A DNA stretch of 64,000 bases from Terriglobia bacterium (GTDB taxonomy: Bacteria > Acidobacteriota > Terriglobia > 2-12-FULL-54-10): NCBI GenBank assembly GCA_963666975.2, contig CAXVYR010000003.1, forward strand, positions 736,001 to 800,000. Reading direction: 5' to 3'. The notes beneath the pieces were generated by a model, which saw only the letters and a program-made list of their open reading frames with translations, was not told the origin of the DNA and did no database searches. Every line of letters begins with the position of its first letter. The stretch's first letter is position 1. The position numbers and the translations under genes are program-made. This document shows, in pieces, positions 21,138 to 31,102 of this stretch.

Positions 21138-22604
21138 CCCGCATTTCCAGTTTGAAACTGTAGAAGCAACCTTCGACTAGCCTCCAACATCAATATTGAT
21201 GCTGGTTTCAGCATCAACATTGGCGTGCGGAGGTATACACCGAATGGGTGAGAGACAAAATCAGCCATTTCAACTCACTTTTAATGCCTCGTTGAAGGTC
21301 GCTTTCCACGGATCGAGGGTCACCTCCAACGGAGGGTTGATTCTGGTACGGGAGTTGGACGAACGATTGGGATTCGGTGAACTCATCAAGCAGCACCTAG
21401 CCGATCCTCGGGGGAAGAACACACGGTTGCCCCTCGCGGACCTGCTACGGCAGTCGGTGTACAGTCGCTTGGCTGGATACGAGGATGTGAACGATGCCGA
21501 GCAACTCTCACGAGATCCGACCTTCCGGCTGATCGGTTCCGAGAAGAATTGGGATCGAGGGGCAGCACTGCCATCCCGGTTGCAAACCTTCGAGACGGAG
21601 GTGCTGGCTGAGGAGGAGAACTTCGCAGGGCTGGCACGGCTGAACCGGGAACTGATCGGCAGGGCAGAAGCAATCGATTCGCCGTACCGGGTAGTGCTCG
21701 ACATGGACTCGACTGAGATCCCGGTCTACGGGGAGCAGGAGCAAAGCGCCTACAACGGGCACTTCGAGTCCACCTGTTATCATCCGGTGCTTCTGTTCAA
21801 TGGAGGCGGCGATTGTCTAGCGGCCAAGCTCCGTGCCGGCAACGTCCATAGTGCCGAAGGCTGGGAAGAACTTCTGTTGCCGGAGATCGAACGCCAGCAG
21901 TTGATGGGGAAAGAAGTCGTGTTTCGGGCTGACGCGGCCTTTGCCAAGCCGGAGGTTTACGAAGCGTTGGAGGAGCGGGGTGTGAAGTATGCCATCCGCA
22001 TCCCTTCCAACGAGAACCTCCAGCGGGACATCGAGGAGTTGCTGAAACGTCCGGTAGGAAGGCCGGGCCAGAAGCCGTTGGTGGAGTACAAGGGGTTTCT
22101 GTACCAAGCCGAGAGTTGGAAGACGGCCCGACGGGTGGTAGCCAAGGTAGAACATCATCCGGGGGAGTTGTTCCCGCGAGTGGGGTTCATTGTGACGAAT
22201 CTGACGCTTCCGAGTCGGGCGGTGGTGCGTTTCTATAATAAGCGAGGGACAGCAGAGCAGTGGATTAAGGAAGGCAAGCAGGCGGTGAAGATGACGCGGC
22301 TCAGTTGCCATCGGTCCGCTCCAAAGGTACGGCTGTGGCTGACCATCATTGCCTATAATCTGGGAAATCTTTGGCGGCGGCTGGTGCTGCCACAGAGAAT
22401 CGGGAACTGGTCCCTGACGAGCTTGCAGCAGCGGTTGGTGAAAACCGGAGGACGCCTGATTAAGCATGCCCGCTACTATTGGCTATTGCTGGCAGAGAGC
22501 CATCTGACGAGACGTTTATTTGCTAGCATGCTGGGGCGAATAGATGGGCTGTCGCTTCCGTCGGGATAGCCTAGCCTGCGGCGCACCCAAGAAAATGATT
22601 CCGA
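21138..22604 (+). mobile_element. IS1380-family insertion sequence
   Basis: Flanked by CTAAA repeats (21133-21137, 22605-22609) inside the MBL gene; left end CCCGCATTTCC; contains the transposase. Confidence 0.88.
21244..22569 (+). CDS. IS1380-family DDE transposase
   Basis: GYEDVNDA..L..DP, LDMDST, YNGH, RADAAF, YNKRGTAEQWIKEGK. Confidence 0.92.
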   Translation: MGERQNQPFQLTFNASLKVAFHGSRVTSNGGLILVRELDERLGFGELIKQHLADPRGKNTRLPLADLLRQSVYSRLAGYEDVNDAEQLSRDPTFRLIGSEKNWDRGAALPSRLQTFETEVLAEEENFAGLARLNRELIGRAEAIDSPYRVVLDMDSTEIPVYGEQEQSAYNGHFESTCYHPVLLFNGGGDCLAAKLRAGNVHSAEGWEELLLPEIERQQLMGKEVVFRADAAFAKPEVYEALEERGVKYAIRIPSNENLQRDIEELLKRPVGRPGQKPLVEYKGFLYQAESWKTARRVVAKVEHHPGELFPRVGFIVTNLTLPSRAVVRFYNKRGTAEQWIKEGKQAVKMTRLSCHRSAPKVRLWLTIIAYNLGNLWRRLVLPQRIGNWSLTSLQQRLVKTGGRLIKHARYYWLLLAESHLTRRLFASMLGRIDGLSLPSG

Positions 22605-24094
22605 CTAAAAACGTGCTATGCCCCCATCCCTTTTTTTGTATATTCCTCTTCCGTATATTGCGCTTCGCAGATCAACAGATCTGCTTTTTCAGCAAAACGC
22701 GCAATGGCTAAATCCATCTCATTGGGGCTATCTCCATCAGGCGATAGCTTGCCGTAGGGCTCGTGGTCGCTGAGATACACAAGTGATCGTCCATTGGAGC
22801 AGATGCGGAACCCTATTGCAAGACCTGGGTGGTTCAGGAAAGTGTACGAAACCACCGTGTCTCCAAGCTGCACATCCGACTCCAGCTCGTAAAATTGCAG
22901 TTTGGCCTTCATATCGCCCAAATGGACTGGAAAGTAATCGCTGTCCATCTGTCCCCGGAAGACCTTTTCCAGCGGCTTCCCTGCCCCGTGCAAGCTATAG
23001 ACGGTAAATTCGTTGCCTGACATGAACGCCGGCGCAAAGAAAGGGAACCCCTGGATGTGGTCCCAATGCGTGTGCCCTACAAAAATGTGTCCTTTGATGG
23101 GCTTACTCTGGAACTCTTTGAGCAAGGAGAGTCCGAACGGGCGAATGCCGGTCCCGGCATCTAAAATCAGCAATTGATCTCCACAGCGCACCTCGGTGCA
23201 GGAAGTATTGCCGCCATATTTTACCGTAGCAGACCCTGGAGTCGCGATCGAACCCCGCGTACCCCAGAAACGAACCGTAAACCGCGACTGCTTTTGTTCC
23301 GTCAGATCTTTGATAGTCTGCCAGAATTCGTCCAGGCTGTAGGGCTTGCTTAAAAAACGGTCTGCCCCCAACCGCATGGCTGTTTCCACATCCGAGGAAT
23401 AGGTTTTAGCCGAACTGACTATGACCTTGACATGGTTCAGGCTGGGATCCTTACGAATTTCCTGTATTACCGTGTAGCCATGCATCTTCGGCATCATCAC
23501 GTCCAAAACCACCAGGGTCGGGACGGGATTCGCGGATAACGAGCCGGAGCGCTTCGACCTCCATCGCTGCGCTGGTCAAGATTTGAACAGCCTCGACCTC
23601 GAGAGCCCGTTTGACGGCTATCGCCAGAATAGAAGGGTCATCGTTTCTACTAGAAGCACTTTTGTCATAAGAACTAGAAGAACGTTGCGCTATGGCAGGA
23701 ACGTGAACATAGAATGATCGAGAAGAAATCCTTAAAGCAAGTCATGGGTTGAACACATTTGTTGAATAAGCTGGATGCCGGGGATTCGTTCGTGCGGAGC
23801 GTCCAGCGAAAGGTTTTTCACACACAGAACGTCGTTATCGAAATGTCGGCCGAAGTCCGGAAAAAGACTGGCAATGTTTGCCGCTGGCGCGACGGCGAGA
23901 TGAAATTTCCTGTGTAGGAATGGCACCGGAAACAACCCCAAACATACTGGGATGGCCTCTAAATTACTTGGCTTGTTGAACGCAGGGTAAGTTGGCAGAC
24001 TGGAGTGAGCTTGTCTGCAAGCAATGAATTTGGGGACAGGCAGAAAACTTTATCACCACAAATGAGGTTTTTGAGCAACAGGAGGAGTTGAACA

Positions 24095-26005
24095 ATGGGG
24101 AAATGGAAAATGTCCCACCGCATAGCTACTGTGGGCTGTAGCGTATTCTTGCTGGCGGTCGCCACGGCGGGTGCTCAGACGGTTACGGTGCCCGCAACAC
24201 TGGTGGGATACCCCGATCTGATTGTTCATAACGCAAAGATTGCCACGATGGATGATGCTTCCCTCAATCCCACGATGGGCCGCACGTCCGAGGCCATGGC
24301 GGTCCGGGATAAGAAGGTTTTGGCTCTGGGGAACAACGCGGAGATGCTGGCGCTGGCCGGCCCGCAAACCAGGAAGATCGACCTCCGGGGCCGGACCGTC
24401 GTTCCAGGCATTATTAACACCCACTCCCACATGCATGACCACTCGATTCAACGATGGGTTCAGGCCAACGAGGACAAGATTGAAACCGTGGTACGGCGGT
24501 TTTCCGTGACCGGACAAACCTATGAAGAGTTGGCGCAAGGTATTGAGCTGGTCCTCAAGGAGCAGATGGCGCATGCCGAGCCGGACCAGTGGGCCATCAT
24601 TTCACTCCCCCGCGGGGGCAGCTCGGGAACCGGGATTGGCGTCCAGTACCTGAATGACCCCGGGAGCGGGGCGAACCGGGAAGAGCTGGATAAGCTGTCT
24701 CCCAATTCGCCTGTCATGCTGAACGCGCACCCCAACTGGATGCTGAACAAGAATGCCGAGGACTCGATTTTAGACCTGTATGGCCTGGAGAACACCCCAG
24801 AGAACCGCGAGGTCTTCGTTCCGGTCTTCAACACCACCATTAACCGCTCCTTGGTGGTAGATCGCTACTTCGCCAGCCGGATTCCGGAACTGGCCGCTAT
24901 CATCCAGGACGGCTTGGAACATCAAGCCGCCGTGGGATTCACCACCTTCAGCTCGCACATTGTAGGACTCCGGAATTTTGATGCCTACCGAATGCTGGAA
25001 CGGGAGGGCCGTTTGCCCATCCGGTTCGCATTTGCGCACCGCTACGGCCAACAGGTGGAACCCGATCCTGCCGGATTTTTCATGCGCCTGGGCGACTTGG
25101 CGGGCATGGGCACCGATTATTTCTGGAATGTGGGACCCACGATGGGCGGTCTCGATTCCGGTCCGCCCAGCATCTGCACCACGATGGAAGCTCCTGAAAA
25201 GTTCAAGTCGAAGGAAAAGTGCGTGCTGGAGCCGGGCAGCAACACGGAGAAAGCGATCATCTCAGCGCTGAACTCTTATCAACGCTATGTGGTGAACCAC
25301 GTCTATGGGGACAAGGCCTTTGGTAATTTCATGAACGTTGTGGAGCGGGTCATTGAATCCAACCCCGGCATCACGCTGGAGTATATCCGGTCCCGCAGGC
25401 TGACGGCGGATCACTGCGGTTTTTATCCCAATCCAGAGCAGTTGCCGCGGATCAAAAAGCTGGGGATTGTCCTCAGTTGCGATCCTAATTTCATGAACCG
25501 CAGCTATCCCTGGCTTAGCGTGTACGGGATGGATAAGGCGAACCGCATTGGCCCGATCAAGAGCATACTGAATGCAGGGATCATGCCCACCGCCGAAGCG
25601 GAAATGTCTGTCGAGAGCGGGACCGGCCCCACCTACTTCACCGTTCAAAGCAAATTCCTCACACGGAAAAACAGCAGAGGCGACTTGGTGGCCCCGGAAG
25701 AGGCGATAGACCGTATCACCTTGATGAAAATGATGACGACATGGGCTTCCCACTACGTAATACGGGAGGACGCCATCGGGTCCCTCGAGCCGGGCAAGCT
25801 GGCCGATTTTGTGGTCCTGAACAAAGACTACTTCACGATCTCGGAGGCTGATATCCCGACCGTCTTCCCGCTGATGGTGGTGCTGGGAGGCAAGACCACT
25901 ATTTTGCGCAAGGAACTGGCCGACGAGTGGAACGCCCAGCCGATCGGCCCCCAAATGAATTGGGAATTCAGCATGCCGTGGAGAGAGCAAGAAGTCATCA
26001 TGTAA
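24095..26005 (+). CDS. Exported amidohydrolase family 3 (YtcJ-like)
   Basis: Signal peptide; IDLRGRTVVPGIINTHSH; HVYGD; GSLEPGKLADFVVL. Confidence 0.85.
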   Translation: MGKWKMSHRIATVGCSVFLLAVATAGAQTVTVPATLVGYPDLIVHNAKIATMDDASLNPTMGRTSEAMAVRDKKVLALGNNAEMLALAGPQTRKIDLRGRTVVPGIINTHSHMHDHSIQRWVQANEDKIETVVRRFSVTGQTYEELAQGIELVLKEQMAHAEPDQWAIISLPRGGSSGTGIGVQYLNDPGSGANREELDKLSPNSPVMLNAHPNWMLNKNAEDSILDLYGLENTPENREVFVPVFNTTINRSLVVDRYFASRIPELAAIIQDGLEHQAAVGFTTFSSHIVGLRNFDAYRMLEREGRLPIRFAFAHRYGQQVEPDPAGFFMRLGDLAGMGTDYFWNVGPTMGGLDSGPPSICTTMEAPEKFKSKEKCVLEPGSNTEKAIISALNSYQRYVVNHVYGDKAFGNFMNVVERVIESNPGITLEYIRSRRLTADHCGFYPNPEQLPRIKKLGIVLSCDPNFMNRSYPWLSVYGMDKANRIGPIKSILNAGIMPTAEAEMSVESGTGPTYFTVQSKFLTRKNSRGDLVAPEEAIDRITLMKMMTTWASHYVIREDAIGSLEPGKLADFVVLNKDYFTISEADIPTVFPLMVVLGGKTTILRKELADEWNAQPIGPQMNWEFSMPWREQEVIM

Positions 26006-26174
26006 TCCACCGTTCTCTTCTTTCTCGCAACCATTGCCGGAATTTTGGGGCAGTTCCAGGGGCCTGTAACACGACACCCTGGGGTTGTCCCGCATTGGTT
26101 TCCGGCAATCATTTCTCTAGCATGATTTCCAGCATGGTTACGGCGAGCATTTGAAAACTCAAAGGAATGGCAAC

Positions 26175-26977
26175 ATGAATTCGCACGGAAAATCCTGGAC
26201 GGCACTGCTGCTTCCGGCAATGTTTCTAGGGATGGCGATTCCGTCCGCGGCACAGTCCCAGTTTCCCGATGGGAAGGGGAAAGAGATTGTCGAGATGGTG
26301 TGCAGTCAGTGTCACGGCCTGAATCACGTCTCGGACTCAAGGCGAACCCAGGAAGAATGGGAAAGCGTGGTCAGCGACATGGTTGCACGCGGAGCGCCCT
26401 TGCTGGTCGATGAAATCGATACCGTGTCGGAATATCTGGTCAAGAATTTCGGTCCGCAGAGCCCCCCAGAGCTGCTTCCCAGAAAGCTGCTAGTGCAAGC
26501 GCGGCAACCACGCTGTCGGAAAGCCAGGGAAAAGAGATTGTCGAGACGGTATGCACGCAGTGCCACGGTCTGAATACCATTTCCAGTGCCGGGTACCGTT
26601 CCAAGGAAGAATGGGAAGGTGTGATCAGCGACATGATCTCCAGGGGCGCGCCCTTGCTGGACGATGAAATGGACACTGTAGCCGAATATCTGACCGCAAA
26701 TTTTTCCCCGAAGGCATCCTCCGGCAGTTCCGCGAGCGCTTCCGGCCAAGGTGCGGCCAATACAAACTCGGCAGCCACATTGCCCGAGGGCAAGGGGAAA
26801 GAGATCGTCGAGATGGTCTGCAGCCAGTGCCACGGCCTAAATAACGTGGCCGGTTCGCGACGAACCAAGGAAGAATGGGAAAGCGTAGTCAGTGACATGG
26901 TCGCCAGAGGCGCTCCCTTGCTCATCGATGAAATTGACCTTGTCACGGAATATCTGGCCGAGCATTGGGGGCCTTAA
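26175..26977 (+). CDS. Periplasmic tri-domain cytochrome c (three CxxCH repeats), frameshift near 26460-26500
   Basis: Signal peptide; three ~65-aa repeats G.GKEIVE.VC(S/T)QCHGLN...EEWE.V.SDM..RGAP; repeat 1 is in a different frame from repeats 2-3. Confidence 0.85.
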
Positions 26978-27093
26978 GCAGCAAGCCCCAGCCGCTCTGC
27001 TCAGATTGCCATAGCGGCTCGAGCGAGGATATTCAGAAAATATCTTCTGGGAATCATGGTTCATTCGGTGGATTTGCTTTAAGGAGAGTGCGT

Positions 27094-28989
27094 ATGAGAA
27101 AACTCGTCCAGGACCTTGTAACTTCCAAGCTTTCCCGGCGCGGCTTCCTCGCCAGCATGGTGGCGGCTGGTTACACCCTTTCTGCTGCCCAATCGGCCCT
27201 GCAATCGGTCTCGCCGTTTGTTCCCGGGGCCCACGGAGCCGAGACCGCTGAGTCCTTCACCCGCTCTGTGACCGGCACAGGAGGCGACCTGATGGTCGAG
27301 CAGATCATTGAGGCGGGCGCCCGCTACCTGTTTGTCACCAACGGCTCCGGCCTCGGCCCGCTGTGCGACGCCCTGGTCACACGTCCCCAGATTCAGCTGA
27401 TCCAGGCCGTCCACGAAGGCCAGGCCGTGGCGATGGCTGACGGTTACGCCAAAGCCTCCGGCAAGATCGGCTTTGGGATGTACAGCCGCGTCGGGCTGCC
27501 CAACTCCTCCTCCAACATGTACAACGCCATGAAGGACCGCACCCCGCTGGTGCTGCTCAGCGATCACGCCGATTCGACCAGCGAAGGGACTGACAGTCAC
27601 GAGGACCTTTACGATTTCCTGGAACCGGTGAAGCAATTCACCAAGTGGCGTTGGGTGACACACGAGGCAAGCCGGATCCCGGAATGGATACGCAAAGCTT
27701 GCAAGGTATCCACGGTCCTGCCCGGAGGCCCCACCTATGTTCGTTTTCCGCGCAACCTGCTGTACCGGGAAAACGTAACGGCGCCGGTCTTTGCGGGCGA
27801 AGCTTTCCACATCCCAATGGATCTTCGGCCGGACAAAAAGCAGGTAGAGCGCGCCGCGAAAATGCTTCTGGAAGCCTCTTCGCCGCTCTTCTATGTCGGG
27901 CGGGAGGTTACACAGACCCATGCCCGCGCATCACTGGTGGAGCTGGCCGAGCTGCTGGCCATCCCGGTGGTCCAAGGCAGAAGTTACTGCGCGGATTTTC
28001 CAAACTTCCATCCGCTCCACGTCGGTGAACTGCGCACGACGCGGATTCCCAAGCAGGCCGATTGCCTCGTCAATTTCGGCGCCCGTTTCCGCCCGCGGGA
28101 AAGAAGATTCCTCAATCGGATTCCCACTGTGATCCACGCCACCGTGGAGCCAGAGGTGCTGGGCCGCAACACCGCGCTGCAGGCGGGGTTGGTCGGCAAT
28201 ATCGACATGGTGGCGCGCGACCTGATAGACGCCGTAAAAAGCATGGCAACGCCACAAAAACTGAAGGAACGTACGGCGGAGCGCCGGGCGGAGATCTCTT
28301 CCTACACAAAACGCCTGCGGGAGGCGCGCATTTCCTTGGCGCGCCGCAGCACGGGCAAGCAGATCCCCTGGCAGCGTCTCATGGTCGAACTGAACGATTT
28401 ACTCGACCCCGACGCCGTGATTATTCCCGAAATCGGCTCCGACGAAAAGTTTCTCAATTTTTTCACCTTCGCCGACGATGCGAAATTAAAGGTCGGCCGC
28501 ACCGAGGGAATGGCGCTCGGATGGGGCATGGGAGCTTCGGTGGGCGTCAAGCTCGCGCTTCCCAACCGGCAGGTCGTCACCATCCAGGGAGACGGCGGTT
28601 TCCTGTTCGGGCAGACCGATGCCTTGTGGACGATGTCCCGCTACGACGTGCCGGTGCTGACGGTCATCGCGAACAACCAATGCTACGAGGCTACGCGCCA
28701 CCGGATCATGGGCCGCGGAGGAGCCGCGGGGAAAGCTCAACGTGACTATATCTCCTACCTGGGCGACCCGGAAGTCGACTTCACCCAACTGGCGGCAGCC
28801 TACAAAATCGGCGGCGAGATCGTGCACAACACCGACCAGTTGCGCCCGGCCATCCAGCGGGGCATCCGCGCACTCCGCGACGGACGCCCCTATTTGCTGG
28901 ATGTCCGCGTTCAGACCATAGGAGTCGGCGCCGAGCTTTCCTGGTATCCCGATTTCTCGCTGGCAGAAACCCGGGAACAGAAGGTATAA
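27094..28989 (+). CDS. Thiamine-diphosphate-dependent enzyme with Tat signal (benzoylformate decarboxylase/acetolactate synthase-like), paralog 1
   Basis: SRRGFL; HEGQAVAMADGYAK; QGDGGFLFG...ANN ThDP motif; SD AAGGAG. Confidence 0.88.
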   Translation: MRKLVQDLVTSKLSRRGFLASMVAAGYTLSAAQSALQSVSPFVPGAHGAETAESFTRSVTGTGGDLMVEQIIEAGARYLFVTNGSGLGPLCDALVTRPQIQLIQAVHEGQAVAMADGYAKASGKIGFGMYSRVGLPNSSSNMYNAMKDRTPLVLLSDHADSTSEGTDSHEDLYDFLEPVKQFTKWRWVTHEASRIPEWIRKACKVSTVLPGGPTYVRFPRNLLYRENVTAPVFAGEAFHIPMDLRPDKKQVERAAKMLLEASSPLFYVGREVTQTHARASLVELAELLAIPVVQGRSYCADFPNFHPLHVGELRTTRIPKQADCLVNFGARFRPRERRFLNRIPTVIHATVEPEVLGRNTALQAGLVGNIDMVARDLIDAVKSMATPQKLKERTAERRAEISSYTKRLREARISLARRSTGKQIPWQRLMVELNDLLDPDAVIIPEIGSDEKFLNFFTFADDAKLKVGRTEGMALGWGMGASVGVKLALPNRQVVTIQGDGGFLFGQTDALWTMSRYDVPVLTVIANNQCYEATRHRIMGRGGAAGKAQRDYISYLGDPEVDFTQLAAAYKIGGEIVHNTDQLRPAIQRGIRALRDGRPYLLDVRVQTIGVGAELSWYPDFSLAETREQKV

Positions 28990-29063
28990 CCGGAACAAAT
29001 TGAATTCGGACCTGTTCGGGCGCGTTGTCAGCAGGTTCACCCCATGCGGCAAGGAGCATCTTT

Positions 29064-30947
29064 ATGAGAAAACTCGTCCAGGACCTTGTAAATTCCAAGC
29101 TTTCCCGGCGTGGCTTCCTCGCCAGCATGGTGGCGGCTGGTTACACCCTTTCCGCAGCCCAATCGGCCCTGCAATCGGTCTCACCGTTCCTTCCCGGAGC
29201 CGAAGCCGCTGAGTCCTTCACCCGCTCTGTGACCGGCACAGGAGGCGACCTGATGGCCGAGCAGATCATTGAGGCGGGCGCCCGCTACCTGTTTGCCACC
29301 AACGGCTCCGGCCTCGGCCCGCTGTGCGACGCACTGGTCACACGTCCCCAGATTCAGCTGATCCAGGCCATCCACGAAGGCCAAGCGGTCTCGATGGCCG
29401 ACGGTTACGCCAAAGCCACCGGCAAGATCGGCTTTGGGATGTACAGCCGCGTCGGGCTGCCCAACTCCTCCGCCAACATGTACAACGCCATGAAGGACCG
29501 CACCCCGCTGGTGCTGCTCAGCGATCACGCCGATTCGAGTAGCGAGGGAACCGACAGCCATGAGGACCTTTACGATTTCCTGGAACCGGTGAAGCAATAC
29601 ACCAAGTGGCGCTGGGTGGCACACGAGTCGAGCCGGATACCGGAATGGATACGCAAGGCCTGCAAGGTCTCCACGGTCCTGCCCGGAGGCCCCACCTATA
29701 TTCGCATTCCGCGCAACCTGCTGTATAAACCAAACGTAACAGCATCGGTCTTTGCGGGCGAAGCTTTTCATATCCCGATGGAGCTGCGGCCGGACAAGAA
29801 ACAGGTGGAGCGCGCCGCGAAACTGCTTCTGGAAGCCTCTTCCCCGCTCCTCTACCTCGGACCGGAGGTGAGCCAGACCAACGCCCGCGCGTCGCTGGTG
29901 GAGCTGGCTGAGTTGCTGGCCATCCCGGCGACGCAAGCGCGGAGCTTTTACGCGGATTTTCCGAACTTCCATCCGCTCCAAGTCGGGGAATACGGCCGCA
30001 CGATGCGGTATCCCAAAAATGTTGATTGCTTTGTCAATTTCGGGGCACGCTTCGGGGGCCGGAGCAGGCTTCCCGAGGGGATCTCCATCATACATGCCAG
30101 CGTGGAGCCGGAGGCGCTAGGACGCAACACCCCGGTGCAGGTGGCGCTGGTGGGCCATCTCGACCATGTGGCGCGCGACCTCGTCGAGGCTGTAAAGAGC
30201 ATGGCGTCGCCGCAGAAACTGAAGGAACGCACGGCTGAGCGCCGGGCGGAGTGCGCCTCCTACACGAAGCGCATGCGGGAGTCGCGCGTCACCCTGGCCC
30301 GCCGGGCCAGCGGCGACCCGGTGCCCTGGCAGCGGCTCATGGTCGAGTTAAACGACCAGCTCGACTCCAACGCCGTCATCGTCGAGGAGTTGGGAACGGA
30401 GGGCAAAGTCCTGAACTTTTTCTCGTTTGCCGATGATGCCAAGTTAAAGATCGGACGCACCGAGGGACGGTCTCTCGGCTGGGGCGTGGGAGCTTCGGCC
30501 GGGGTCAAGCTCGGCCTTCCCAATCGCCAGGTCGTCTCCTTGCAGGGAGACGGCGGTTTCCTGTTCGGCCAGACCGATTCCCTGTGGACCATGTCCCGCT
30601 ACGACATTCCGGTGCTGACCGTCATCACAAACAACCAGGGCTACGAGGAGCCTCGCTGGAACATGATGAACCCGCGACGACGCGCAGGAAAAGCCGGACG
30701 CGACTATATCGGCTACCTGGGAAATCCGGATATCGATTTCACGAAGCTGGCGGCGGCATACAACATCGGCGGCGAAGTCGTGCAAAACACCGATCAGTTG
30801 CGCCCGGCCATCCAGAAAGCCCTCCGCGCGCTCCGCGACGGACGACCCTACTTGCTGGATGTGCGCATCTTGAGGACCGGCACCGGCGCTGAGGTTTCTT
30901 GGTATCCCAAATTTTCGCTGGCCGAGCACCGGGAGCGAAACGTATAG
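29064..30947 (+). CDS. Thiamine-diphosphate-dependent enzyme with Tat signal, paralog 2
   Basis: SRRGFL; HEGQAVSMADGYAK; QGDGGFLFG...TNN; 5' third nearly identical to paralog 1. Confidence 0.88.
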   Translation: MRKLVQDLVNSKLSRRGFLASMVAAGYTLSAAQSALQSVSPFLPGAEAAESFTRSVTGTGGDLMAEQIIEAGARYLFATNGSGLGPLCDALVTRPQIQLIQAIHEGQAVSMADGYAKATGKIGFGMYSRVGLPNSSANMYNAMKDRTPLVLLSDHADSSSEGTDSHEDLYDFLEPVKQYTKWRWVAHESSRIPEWIRKACKVSTVLPGGPTYIRIPRNLLYKPNVTASVFAGEAFHIPMELRPDKKQVERAAKLLLEASSPLLYLGPEVSQTNARASLVELAELLAIPATQARSFYADFPNFHPLQVGEYGRTMRYPKNVDCFVNFGARFGGRSRLPEGISIIHASVEPEALGRNTPVQVALVGHLDHVARDLVEAVKSMASPQKLKERTAERRAECASYTKRMRESRVTLARRASGDPVPWQRLMVELNDQLDSNAVIVEELGTEGKVLNFFSFADDAKLKIGRTEGRSLGWGVGASAGVKLGLPNRQVVSLQGDGGFLFGQTDSLWTMSRYDIPVLTVITNNQGYEEPRWNMMNPRRRAGKAGRDYIGYLGNPDIDFTKLAAAYNIGGEVVQNTDQLRPAIQKALRALRDGRPYLLDVRILRTGTGAEVSWYPKFSLAEHRERNV

Positions 30948-31102
30948 ATTTGATTTTTCAGCAGGAAGAAAATAGCATGGTATTCTGACTGGCTTTGCTG
31001 TTCATCGCGTCTTGAGAGATGAACGCAAGGTGCCAGCAAACTGCAATCCTGAAACTTTGTCAGGCTCAAACGCAGAAAACGGCTGGGAGGTGCTGCCACA
31101 CG

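Larger units (their letters stand above)
20954..23668 (-). pseudogene. Receiver + metallo-beta-lactamase-fold hydrolase, interrupted by IS1380 and frameshifted
   Basis: Degenerate REC start MTKVLLVE at 23668; GTRGS, YGGNTSC, HTHWDHIQG. Removing the IS and one A from the 7-A run near 22631 restores [29 protein letters not shown] ending at 20954. Confidence 0.85.

Noticed and set aside
23513-23668. Programmed frameshifting in the REC part of the MBL gene
   Set aside because: There are several scattered indels rather than one slippery site, which fits post-IS decay or consensus error.
26260-26977. Repeated DNA units that could suggest a CRISPR or tandem array
   Set aside because: They are coding repeats of the cytochrome domain; no constant-repeat/unique-spacer array or cas genes were seen in the window.
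26978-27093. TPP riboswitch upstream of the ThDP enzymes
   Set aside because: No CTGAGA...CCCG..GAACCTGAT core was found here or upstream of 24095.
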